Below are positions 38,836-51,520 of a stretch of DNA of 64,000 nt, in pieces. The stretch is from contig CM119268.1 in NCBI GenBank assembly GCA_051294375.1, forward strand, positions 20,254,531 through 20,318,530, read 5' to 3'. Origin of the DNA: Paraspadella gotoi. Its lineage: Eukaryota > Animalia > Chaetognatha. Every line of letters starts with the position of its first letter. Position 1 is the first letter of the stretch. Both the position numbers and the translations under genes were made by a program. The notes under the pieces were generated by a model. The model was not told the DNA's origin. It was given only the letters and a program-made list of their open reading frames with translations, and did no database searches.

Positions 38836-39926
38836 TTCATCGTAAATAGAACAAACAAATGAATGTTTGAGTGAAAGAGAGAGAAAAAAAGAGAATAAGC
38901 CTCTGCTTTATATTTCACTATAATCTTTACTTATCTGTCTTACTAATCTAAAAATCTCAAATTTCTACTTTCATCTAAATTTCAAATCTCAAATTAATTT
39001 ATTTCAATTTGTTATTAGACAGAATATTTCAAGTTTCTATTATCTTTATCTTTGTTGTACATTGCTCAAATGTAACTGTTTATAATTTCCTCTTTCTCTC
39101 TCTCTCTCTTTCTCTCTCTCCTTCACTTACTCTTTCACCAAATTTTCATTTCTTTTCACAACTTATTCAAATTGGCCTTATCTAAAATCTGTTTTCACCA
39201 CTGATCACTGTCCTTTCTCAATTAATTGTTGAAAACTTTAACCTTGCTCTTCTTCTCTCTCTCTTTTTCTCTCTCTCTCTCTCTCTCCTTCTTTCTCTCT
39301 CTCTCTTTCTTTAACTAAAAAATTGTATTCCAATTCATAAATGTCAAGCGCTGATGAAGGCTCGAAATTGTAAAAAATTCAAAAAACTTTGCTACTCAAA
39401 TACAAAATTTCAAGTCAATCGCCCCATCCACTCATGATTAATTGGTGTTCAAATAATAAAATTTTTGTTTTGTTTTTTCCATTTAAACTCATTTCCACTC
39501 GGACGATTCCATCGAAACTTCATATCCAGCTCAATCACACAATTCACTACCCACACGCAAAACTTCATTCCAATCCATTCACGAGTAATTGGTGTTTTTT
39601 GCTAAGGTGGGACGGACAGACAGACAGATGGATGGAAATCGTTTTTTTGCATAATATTTATTACTAACTTATGTTACTTTAGTTTTTTCACTTCTATTCA
39701 CTGTTGTACATTGCCAAATGTATTGATCTCTCTCTCTCTCTTTCTTTTTCACCAATCTCAAATTCACTCGCTCTCCTTCCCTTCCCTCACTTTCTCCTGT
39801 CCTAACATCTGACCACTGTCCTTTACTCAATTTCTTTGTTGGAAACTCTCTCACTCTCTCTCAATATCTCCCTCCTTCTCTCTCTCCCTAAACCAATATA
39901 AAAAAGTTTGTGAAAGTATCTTTTTC

Positions 39927-39968
39927 AATGCTGATGAAGACTCGAAAACGAGTCGAAACTTGTCCATT
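39927..39968 (+). ncRNA. Minimal type I hammerhead ribozyme
   Basis: AAUG-CUGAUGA-A-GACUCG(AAAA)CGAGUC-GAAAC-UU-GUC^CAUU. Stems I and II are perfect; predicted cleavage after C39964. Confidence 0.8.
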
Positions 39969-42039
39969 ACATAAAAAAAATAAATGTTGTTAAAGCGCGA
40001 AAAAAAATCGTTTTTCCTTTAGCTTAATTTATCATAATTCGATGTTCGGACATGATATAAGTGAGTGCCCGACAAAATTGAGGGGGCGGACCGACAGACC
40101 GACAAAGTGAATTATAAGCTGATAAGCTGATAAGTAGATCCGACTAAAAAGCGCGGAATAAATGGCGATAATAAAAGTTTTTAGAAGGAAAAAATAATCA
40201 GAGAGAGAAAGATAGTATTAGGTGGGCCTTGGGTAGGATTGTAAATATATAATTTTTTTCACTAAATTTAATGTCCCATAGCTGAGAAAATTAAAAAGTG
40301 CTCAAAAATTGAAAAAAAAACTACTTTTTAAAAAAATGCGACGATAGTTTTGTTTCAATACTTGGTAATTAGGTCAAGAGTTGTTTATATTTTGTGGTCG
40401 TGACATGTCCAGGGTATAAAAGAAATATTATTGTAGATTCCTCTATCGATTTTTAAATTTGTTAGAACATTTTACTCTTTTTTTAATATTTTTAGAACAC
40501 CCTAAACGATTCTCTGATTACGCAAAATAGAATTTAAAAATAAGACATTAATAGTACCAATAGTTGGTGTTATGTATCAAAAAGATAAAAAAAAAACCTC
40601 GTTTAAAAACTTGATCTGGAACAAGGGTAACTAAGGCTTACCAATGGCAGCCTCCATGCCAATCGTTCTTTCAAATATTTTTTTTAGTCGGATCTGCTTA
40701 TCAGCAGATCCCGACTCTATAATTCACTTTATCGGTCCGCCCCCTCAATATTGTCGGGCATTCACTTATATCATGTCAGAACATCGAATTATAATAAATT
40801 ATGCAAAAAAAATGATGTCCGTCCGTCCCACCTTAGCAAAAAACACCAATGACTCGTGATTAATTTGATGGATTGGAATGAAATTTTGTGTGTGGGTTAG
40901 AGCGTAGTGAAAGTTACGTACGGAAATTCTAAAAGTCAATTATTAACAACATACCATCAGTGAACATTAATTGGTAAAAAAAATTAATTTTGTTTTTTCA
41001 ATTTTCGAAGTAGGCTATATTTATTAGGCCGGAACAGGTTGAAAATTAGAAGTTCTCTCAAATAAATAATGGTTAAGTGACTGAGATAATGAAAATGAAA
41101 ATAATTTTTAAAATTTATCTTATTAATTAGCGCACGGAAGCATAACCTTCATTTAACTTTTCAAGCTCTATAAGAATCCGTTCTTAAAAAATACAATTTT
41201 TTAAAAAAAATTTTATTATTTGTTATATATTAATAAATATTTAAAAGCTTCAGTGCAACAACTAAAAAGTTGCATTGAAAATCGATTTAGTAATAGAAGG
41301 AAAAAAGGAATTTTTTTGAGAGAACTAAAAGTTATAAAAAGTGTTCAATTTTGGCCCGCCTTAATATTTATATATTGTACTATCCTTCAAAGTAGGCTTT
41401 TCTTAATTTTGATTGCAGATTTGAATTCCTCGTCAAACGTTGATAGAAGAAAATATAAATCATTTTTAAAAATTCTTTAAGTAGGTTAAAAATTAAAAAT
41501 ACTACTTTTAATATATAAAAAGTTAATTTTAAGCTTAAAATATAGCTTTTTCTAATTTTTTACCCATTTAATGAAGGAATTTTTCAAAATGAGTTATATT
41601 TCTCTTTATCAACTTTTTATGACGAATCCAAATCAGCAAAAAAATCTTAGAAAAAACTGTTTTGAAATTTTAACATTTATTGGATTAGTACTAGAATAAA
41701 TATGGCCTATTGCGTAAATTGTAAAATTATTATAATTTTTTTATTGCGTAAATTTTCATTAGTATAATTTTGTTCGTTCCTCACTTTTAGAATTTTAATT
41801 AAAGTTAAATTTAGAAATTTTACTATGCCTTAGTGTTGGTAGGGAAGTGTGTTATTGAGCTGAATATGAACTTTCGATTGACTTGAAATTTTGTATTTGG
41901 GTAGAAAAGTGGATTAAACTGGAAATCAAGTTTTGATGGCATCGTTTGAGTGGAAATAAGTTTAAATTGAAAAAACAAAGAACCTATTTCACTAATTGAT
42001 TGTTTTATCTTTTTATTTTAAATGTAAATGCAAGATGTA

Positions 42040-42983
42040 CATGGTGACAATTTTACAAGCGGCGGTAGAAATACGCTGTCATTTTCAAACTAGTGGTTAT
42101 TTCATTGATTTTAAAAATTAGTTGAGTAGAACATATTAAAGTCATTTATGAGTTCAAATTTTATATTGATCAGTTAAGATATGCCTTGGCAATGAGTGGA
42201 GAAAGTTGGCTTGTAAAATCGGGTTTCATTTTCCAACTCACTGCTTTTAAATTCAATTTTTTTCTCGACTTTTAGCTCTGTTTTAAGCAAAGTATTTATT
42301 AGGATATTAACAATATTAATATCCTCAGAAAGCCTTAAAAAATGAAGAGAATGAGATACTAACGAAAGCTCTAACATAAAAATTAAGCTGCCCAGCCTTG
42401 CTTCAATTAAGAGAGTCAAAAGTTAATTATCTAAAATTTCAAATCTTTTTTTAAAATATATGACCTGATTAAATTATTATAACATAAAATATTATTATTT
42501 ATATAAGTATAATTAAAGAGCCTGAAAAAAGGAGATTTAAGATAGCCAATCACAATTTGATAAAAATCTTAAATTACCCTCCAGCTATTGATTTTTGGAA
42601 AGATGTCTTGTTTTTGAGTATCCTAATTAAATTAAAGCTGGGCTGGTTAAATTTTATACTACAGTATTTGCAAGTATGTCATTCTCTTTAGATTTGAAAG
42701 GGCTTTCAGAAGATAATAATATTAATATTATTTTATTTTAAATTTCTTCAGAAAACTTAATGAAAGTAAGAAAAAAAAATTGAATCTAAAAAAGTGAGTT
42801 AGAAAATGAAACCCGATTTTACAAGCCAACTTTCTCCACTCATTGCCAAGGCATATCTTAAAAATTTGAACACATAAATGACTTTAATATGTTCTACTCA
42901 ACTAATTCTTAAAATCAATGAAATAACCACTGGTTTGCAAATGACAGCGTATTTCTACCGGGGCTTGCAAAATTGTCACCATG
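42040..42983. mobile_element. Tc1/mariner-type MITE with ~200-bp TIRs
   Basis: TA|CATGGTGACAATTTT...AAAATTGTCACCATG|TA; a second, partial copy at ~60560-61295. Confidence 0.8.
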
Positions 42984-45496
42984 TATTACTTAATTAAATA
43001 ATTAATCAGTTAATTAATCAATTAGTCAATTAATTAATCAATAATTAATTAATCAGTAAATTAATCAATCAAAACAAACATTTTGGATCAAATTAATTAA
43101 TTGCCTAATTAATTAAATAATTAACTTGAATGAGGTAAATATTAATTAATTAAATAATTAATTAACCTGAATTAATTATTAATTAATTAATAATTAATTA
43201 CCGATAATGATCGTGGGCAGATCCGACATTGTTTGCTCAAACTTGTTCTTTTTATAGTAAATGTAAATGCAAGATGTATTAATTAATGAAAGAATTAATC
43301 AGTTAATTAATCAATAATTAATTAATCAATCAAGTCAATTGTTATCGGCATTATTCTCATCATCGTCATTGTTTTTGACGTGGTTAGTGACGAAAAAACT
43401 TAAAAACAAACATTTCGGATCAAATTAATTAATTGCCTAATTAATTATTTAACTTGAATTATTTAATTATTAATTAATTAATTAATTACCGATAATGATC
43501 GTGGGCAGATCCGACATTGTTTGCTCAAACTTGTTTATTTAATACATTTGAAATGGGGGGGGGGAAAGAAAATTCGGAATGCAGGTGACATGAAATGTAC
43601 AGATAATATGGACATAATGAGTTGACAATCATGACTTTTTATGTCTTGCGTAATGGGGGCAGTAAATAAACCCAAAATATTCAATCATTAAGTCAGTCAA
43701 TCAACCCTTTCAAATAGGCCGTTCCACGAAAAATTTTGTCTTCACTAAAAAATTTCTCAGAACAGTCAATTTGAAAGGGTTGATTGACTGACTTAATGAT
43801 TGAATTTTTTGCATTGTACTCTTGTATTTTTTGTCTTACATAAATGAAACACTGCTCAATTTAAGACGGGCCAAAATTGAACACTTTTTATAACTTCTAG
43901 TTCTCTTTAAAAAAATTCTTTTTTCTTTCTATTACTAAATCATCATCATCATTGGCTGACTTTTATGGTTTTTAAAAATTCTTATCAATAAAACAAAAGA
44001 ATTTTAAAAAGTTGCATTAACCTTTATCTAACTTTTAAAGCTCTTCCAGAATTTATTAAAAAAAAATAAAAAAAATTTTTAAAAATTTAAACTTTACAAT
44101 TACAATTAATAAAATAAATTTTAAAAATTATTTTATTTTCATATTCTCTAACAATCACTTAACCATTATTTATTAGAGAGAACTTCTAGTTTTCAACCTG
44201 TTCCGGCCTACTGCTCATATGAATTATAAAAAGACAAAGTTTTTTTATTTCCATCATGGTAGTAAAAGGTCTGCGTTTTCTTTCTTTCCTTCATCCCTTG
44301 ACCCTACGCCTCTGAAAAGAGGAAAGTGGGAAAGTAGAAAAAAGAGTCGCTTTCTCAACCGTTCCCGTAGCCAGTGTGGCAGGCTTGGAACAGGAATCGT
44401 CCTTCTTTCTCTCGATCGTGATTTCGCGCGAGAGGCGAGCCCCTTTTCTGGAGATAAGGTTTCAAACGTGATCTCGTGGCTTAATTTTGTGTGAGAAATG
44501 ACGGAGGAAAGGATCTTGGTGAAAAATCGACTCTGGGATCTGTCGATAAAATGGGTTTACTAGTTGAAAACATCTGAACCCAAACGTTTTACTTAATTTT
44601 CAGAAGATTTTTAGATACGATCCATATTCTATATTTTCAAAAGAATTATTAATGGATGGGCGTTTAGGAACAATTGTAATTTATTCAGGATCATCAATTA
44701 TTCACAGATACAATTATTTCCCTACAAAAGGTCCTCCAAGTTAGGAAAATATTTTTATTTGGTTGTGAAAATTTTAAATAAAAAAATCCGCTTATTTCCC
44801 TTATATAAATGAAAAAGTAGATTGACGTTGCTTTGTAACAATACACTGGCAAATACTTTGCATTAAGGCGATGGCAGAATGAAATGTTTTGTTACATTAG
44901 CACATGATTGACTAATGACAAGCTATATGTTCTTGTACCCACGTGGTTTCGAAACACAAAACTACAATAGGAACACTACGAGTTAATAGGTTTCTCAGAT
45001 ATTGCGTCTGTTTAGAAGTGGTAAAAAGGTTTTAGTAAACAGAGGTATCTTTATGGACTAAATGAACTCGATTTTGTGATGAAAGTAGAATTCGTAGGAA
45101 TTGTTCGATATCTCGGAAATGGCAGAAAAAGTAAATAATACTTTAAAAATAGCATTTCGCATGTTTGTTACCTCAGCAATGATTGTAAGGGTTTCAAAGT
45201 TCTAAGAAATAATTTTAAACATAAATTAGGCCAAAATATAAAGATCTAATATGGATATATTCATCTGTACATTTTATTTGATTAGAAATGAGCAGGAAGC
45301 TAATTAATGATTTAAATTTGCATTATCAAATTCGTTGAATAATAAATGTAAAACCTGAATTTTTTAACTTTAATGAAGTATAAAATTTGGTAGTTGTCGG
45401 CGAGAGAAATTTATAAAGATTTAGTCAACTTCTTCTTCAATAGTCGAATCAAATTAAGAAAAAAATAAGTTTTTTGATGTGACAAGATTTTAACGT

Positions 45497-48400
45497 TTAT
45501 GCGTGTTTCGTGGCAACAATTCTAAGGAACGTGTCAAAATCAACAAGCATGCCATTTGAACAGCATTTAAACGCCTCTGCAATTGCAGACTGGGGAATAT
45601 TGAGTTTGTAAACCATGTTGTATGAATCGATTACCGCTTGTACCTCTTCAACAAGTAAATATCCATCCTGATCTGGTATTCCAAAAAATAGTTATAAAAA
45701 TATTATAATTTTGCATCTGCTGTATATTCTGATAATGGTATACCTGTGTCTTTGGCATACATTGCGTTGACCATTTTTGTGAAGCCATTCACCCATGCCT
45801 CCTCTTCTTCAGCTTTATAAAGGTCATTGAGTTTCATCCAACTCATGGTACGAAGGTCCTCGCCACCCATAGTCATCGGCAGCATTGGTGAGTATCCACG
45901 ACCGCTTGCAAGGCCACCAGCTATTTTGGGATCCTGTTCCCATACGGGAAAATTAATTTGTTAGGACCATAAACAGTTCGAAGGAACCAAAGACCTTAAT
46001 CTTACCTGTAATGTATTTTGGTTTAAGTTTTTTGCTTTCCATCCATTGAGACTGGGAGGAGGAGGCTCTTTTCTCTTACATAAAATTGCAACGGCAATAA
46101 GAATTATGAATAAGAGAAGAACAACGATTGATATTATTATAAGTCCAACCAAACCTCCTAAGTATAGAAAATAAAAACAAATATTTAAACTTTTTTCATC
46201 ATTCATACTTTTTAATGAATTTTACCTGATTCTAAAAGAGCTTGAGATTGTCGAATCTCAATACCTCTTGTAACGTCGCTTATCATTTGTTCTTTGGTTA
46301 ACATTAAAGTTATGTTTCTCATAATTTCTTCGTTTTTGTACTTAACAAGAAATCCAACTTGATCAATATCAGTTAAACCTTTGAAGAATATATGTATATT
46401 GTATATTTATTAAGTCCAAGCTTTATAACAAATTAAATCTCAATTGTTTATTACCTTTGATCATATATTTATCTAATGTCATAGTAACCTTCATACCCCG
46501 CAAAGTTTTCTGAACGTGATGATTTTGCATATAGCGCATAACGTAAAGAGATGTTCCGTCTGAAAAAAAAAAATTAAAACTACTTCGGTGCCACACAGGC
46601 AGGACAAATTACCGCCTGTTGCTAGTTTTAGAAATTTGGGCGGGTTACACGTACCATCCCGCTTACTAGCAATAACACCAATGGGGAGCAAACCAAGGCT
46701 GCTTGATGGGAAGAGCGAATACACGCTTTTACGCCACCGTGGTTGAACTGATGTTAGACGGCTTGCGAGAGTGAATGTGTTTCCACAAAGGATTTGTGCG
46801 ATTTACCTGGCAAGATCCATGTCATATTTCTGTCAGGAATAGGAGGATTTGATAGAACTGTGCATGAAAGGTTCAATTCTTCATTATGTGAGTAAAATTT
46901 AATCTCTTCAAGGCAAGATACGCGTGGTTCATAGTTTAAAGATAAATGGATATGCTTCTTTGCTATGCTTGCTTCACCTAAATTTGAAAGCAGTTTGAAT
47001 TAATTATGGATTGATCAAGGTAATAATAAAGATAATAAAACTTACCATGAGCTTTAATAGTGACCTTCAAGTCAGGATTTGTGACTGACAGTAGGGATTG
47101 AGGAACTTTTATGGTTACTCTGCTTCCATTTTCAATTATCTAAAAAAATTTAAATCTTGGTCAGATTTTACTCACATAGTTTTATGCTAAAAATGTACCT
47201 GCTGTTCCTCCTCTGTATGAAACGCAATATCGTTTTCATCCAACATTGAAATATTATTTAAAGGGAGTATGGGGTTTGACAAAAAATCACAGGTAATATT
47301 ATATGAGTTATCTTGTTCGTGAACGACTTGTTGGCTAAAAAAGTAAAAAACAAAGAGTGGTAAATCTGAGCTCTGGCGCCTCATGATTTTCATATTAAGG
47401 CGGTCCATAATGTAACACTTTTTAAATATAAAATATTCTGCAATAAAATTATTTTATTCTTTTAATAACTAAATTAATATTGTGGCAACAACTGATTTTA
47501 TTTAAGTAACTTAGTTTTATTGGCACACTGAGGCGGATTTAAAAATCTAGAATAAATTTTTCAGAATTTAACAATAGAAAAATTTTGATGATAAATTGGT
47601 CAAAAATTTTAAAAACATAAAAAAAAATATTATCATTATAGTTTTATTAATAAATTCTAACTTTTTAAACAAAAATAATTTTTCATGTTATATTGAAGAA
47701 TCTTCAAAGAATCTTCAATATAACATGAAAAATTATTTTTGTTTAAAAAGTTAGAATTTATTAATAAAACTATAATGATAATATTTTTTTTTATGTTTTT
47801 AAATGAAGATGGCCTTCGTCTTTGCACTCAATCTTAAAACGAGTGAATTATTTTTCATTGACTTATGCATATAAAACACTGTATCTAATGTTTTGTAATA
47901 CCTTGGGCAACGGATTTTTGGTCCGAATTTGACATTTAGTGGTGGAAATTCGCAGAAAGGAAGTGGAAGACTGATGTTCCAACCTTCTACGTAGGACAAA
48001 CTACACTTCATTTTTTTGCCGTGATCCGACATTGTTGGCCGCAACATCATCCGACTTATCTGTTGAAGACAAATGATCTTAAGATTCCCTCTTGCTGTAT
48101 TTTCTTTTTGTCTTTAAAACGAAATTGTTTTCCTACCACATTTCCGTCTCCACTCTCCTCTGCGATCCCAATAGGTTGTTTTTCGCTATTTCCTATCGTC
48201 CATCTGAAAATGGGCAGGTTTTGGATGGAGGTTGAAACCGAGCAAGTGAATGGGTACTGCCCGCTTTCGTAAATCCCAGAACGTCCTCTGTGTTTGTTGA
48301 AACACTTGGGCATGCTGATCACGTTCAGTTGCGCGGCAAAAATGTTGCTGCACTTATATACCGCTACATCCTTGTAAGGAACAAAAGAATGAGTTTTTTA

Positions 48401-49816
48401 ATTTGCAATTTTTATTAGAGTAAACTGTTTCGTAAATGCTTTCAGTCACTGTGTTTAACAAAAAGGGGGTTAAGGTCATTTTCGGAAATGGAATCGAAAA
48501 CCCCAACGGCAAACGCGCTATAAAAGGAATTGGATTGCGGTTATTGAATGGATTTCCTTTCCAACCAAGACCCTAGGTGACATTTGACCACGGTTTTTTT
48601 ACATTTGCATTAGATAGGAAGGATGTTTTATCCTTGGTGGAAACTGGTTATTTTTATCAAATTCGTTTCTTAATTATTTTAAATTGCCGAGTAATAACTA
48701 ACAGTCTAACAGGAATGTTAATGTCTTCTTACTTGAACTTGGATATCTCGGATGGTGATGATGTATTTTCCGGGAGATTTTGTAAATTTGTACTTTTTAC
48801 GCATGTGGGCTTCTTCAGGATGCTGCCCATCTATGCTAAGTAGTTCAGCTTCCCCGCTTTCAATCAGTTTTACCCAGGCGATAGAGGATTTTCGACTATT
48901 ACATTCCAGTTCCAAAGAAGTTCCTAATATTAAATGATTTTTTTCACATCTTATTCTATCTGTCCTCAACTTTAACCTATCCTCACCAATTGACCACTGT
49001 CCTTTCTCAACTCTGTGTTGGAAACTTTTGCCCTCTCTCTCTCTCTTCCTTTTCACAAATTTGTCAAATATTTCACAAATCATAATGACGCTGATGAAGG
49101 CTTGAATTAAAAGCCGAAACGTGTACGTTTTCTAATAAAAACAAACTCGTTATCGAAATAAATTTTCAAACTTTTTCTTAATCATATACACAACGAAAAG
49201 AAAGGAATATACAACATAATGATTGTGTTATAATATCGTATTTGAAATAACTAGGTAATACAACTATTCTTATGAAGAATTTTCGAAAGTAGAGTAAAAC
49301 GTTTCTTATTAAAAAAAATATTTGATGTTCTGAAAATTGTTTATCAACTCAAAAATATTCTATCGATTTTATTTCATTTCTACTTTTCTTCCTTATCGGG
49401 ATTCCCTCACAGCAAGTTTCTCATTTTTTTCTTCTTCCATGCCTAAGCAATGAAGCCAAATTGATGGAACCCTGAAGCTCTGTTAAGGAAAACGTAACAA
49501 ATAAAAATTATTTTTTCTTCCAAACTCTTTTTCAATTATTTGATCATTTGATAAAAATTAGTTTTAGCGAGCTTTTTTGTTAACTAAAAAAAAATTATGA
49601 TTATCACAAATTATGCCATGCAACTATATTAAGTTAACCTAAGCGATCGTTATTTTTACCTATAGCCACCGTGACTGTTTGCTCTGCCACAGCAGCAACT
49701 TGCTTCCAAAGAAACGTATTGTGAATTTCCGAAACAAGGACGACGCACATCAGCGTCCATGTCGTCCATTTTCTTTTCACGAAAGACACTGGCGTTCGTG
49801 GTTTGACTTCGTTCAT
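45497..49816 (-). CDS. Ig-superfamily type I transmembrane protein (~638 aa): signal peptide, 4 Ig-like domains, TM helix, cytoplasmic EF-hand-like pair
   Basis: Exons 49816-49660, 48923-48733, 48370-48137, 48059-47902, 47334-47199, 47139-47046, 46977-46807, 46559-46455, 46378-46226, 46157-46006, 45933-45744, 45672-45497 total 1917 nt in frame. V-type LELEC..AW..ITIRDIQVQDVAVYKC; C2-type FTC..FRW..DHGKKMKC; NITC..SNP; NLSC..SNPP..MTW; TM GLVGLIIISIVVLLLFIILIAVAILC followed by KRK; tail DTDQDGYLLVEEV. The start codon is less certain. Confidence 0.85.
47608..47803. repeat. Near-perfect AT-rich palindrome (~92-bp arms, 12-nt spacer) in an intron
   Basis: Arms 47608-47699 and 47712-47803 are reverse complements. 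Confidence 0.9.
49087..49129 (+). ncRNA. Minimal type I hammerhead ribozyme
   Basis: GACG-CUGAUGA-A-GGCUU(GAAUUAA)AAGCC-GAAAC-GU-GUA^CGUU; antisense within intron 1 of the Ig gene. Confidence 0.75.
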
Positions 49817-51091
49817 TTTACCCCCCTAATATTCGGGGTTTACGTTTTTGGTGCCATATAGTCTTTTGATGAACGCTGACATGATCATTTTGAGTTTTTA
49901 AAAAATCGGCGCAGATAAAAAAGCCTTTAATATTGCCAAGTTGATTTTTCAATTTTAACGGAACAAATTCGGTTTTGAGGTTTCGCGAATATTTTCAATG
50001 TTTGAAATGTTTGTTTAATTTACTTTCAAGTTAAAAATAAGATTTTTATTCTTTTTAGATATAAGAATTAGTTTTTAGCACAAATATAACTTTGGAGCCA
50101 AATTTTTTTTATTTGTATTTGGTGGCACAAAATTTATAGTGGTGGTGTTTTTATGGTGCTCTCTGCAATGGGGAAAAAGGTTTTTACCAGACGTCGTCGG
50201 CCACGAGGTGAACGAGAGAGAGAGAAAGAGACGAAAGGCGCCCGCAGTCTTTTTTTTTCCTTCTATCAAGAGTTCCAAGCTTTTTTCTCTCCGTTTGGTG
50301 CTCTGGTCATTTCCCCAGACTGGAAAGGAGTCGACTCGTCTAACGCCAAACAAGGTAATTTGGGTTACCATTTCGCGTCTCCAAAGTTGAACAGTCTTTT
50401 AGCTTGTTTTTCTCTCCCTCTCCTCGAGCGCCGAGGCAAAGAGCTTCGCGCGTCTCCTATTGGCTCCCGGACGTCCGGCCAACGTCATTGGCGGCGTCGA
50501 TATTTCGGCTTCCGCCTCTCTGCCGTAAGTGCGTTCCATCTCGGTTCTTATTACGTCTGGTTACATACGGGGCCACGCGGAAAGCTATCCTGATGTGGTT
50601 GACGCGCGCTGTTTTAAGATTAGGGGCGTCGACCAGATTTACTCTGAGGAATGTGGACTTTGGATGGAGAGAGAGTGCCTGATCTCGTAAGCGCATTGCA
50701 TCTGGTGTTTTTCTGGGAGAACTGAATTGATTAAGATAGGTCGAAAGGATACCATCATGTTTGATTCACGTTGGTTTGAAGCGATAAAGTTTGTTTGAAT
50801 TCGATTACCCTCAGTCCTCTTTTGGGTTAATATGTGGGAAAACTCAAAACAGAAGCTAGATTATTTTGTTAAATAAATATCAATAAAGTTGAATACGTTT
50901 TGAATTTTGACTTGCATTTTCAATTAACACGGAACGGTAATTCAAATGTATGGCGCCGCAGTGACTGCCTTATCACGTGTATTTTTTGTGACATGATATG
51001 ACGTAACATATGACATTACATGAGTACATAAATACAATAATTTTCTTAGCCCGTGTATTTATGACACACATTGCATCGGAATTACGTCTTT

Positions 51092-51520
51092 TATGGTGGA
51101 CTAAAATCCACCAACCGTTCATCAGCGGCCATTGGTGCCGAAGGCAAGTCATTCGCCTCCCAACCCAAAGGTCCGGGGTTCTAGCCCGGTGGCCACCTAG
51201 CAGTTAAGAGATACGGGGCGCTTAACCCGCCTGTAACTCGGTGTTACAGCCTGATCCGAAGCTCAGGGACTGCTTATATTGAACGATTCTATCATTAACA
51301 CATCAATAATTACTGTCTTTTCATTGGTGAGCCCGACTTCCGAACACAACAGCAACAACAACACTTTCAGGCAACATGCCTCAACCTGGCGATGCACATT
51401 CCGCCCACAACACATCAGGCGACATGCCTCAACTTGGTGACGAACTTTCCACCAACAACAATTCACTGAAGAGACGCATCGGTTCTATCACTAACACATA
51501 TCAATAATTACTGTCTCTTC
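51092..51520 (+). mobile_element. tRNA-derived SINE-like repeat with a duplicated tail around a ~150-bp insert
   Basis: Same head as 11900; the tail (TTCTATCA..AACA..ATAATTACTGTCT) occurs at ~51288-51318 and again at ~51483-51520. Confidence 0.65.

Noticed and set aside
50190-50524. Plus-strand micro-exons as the missing menin C-terminus
   Set aside because: Splice-like signals exist, but I found no menin similarity and no convincing in-phase chain; may be promoter/UTR sequence of the Ig gene.
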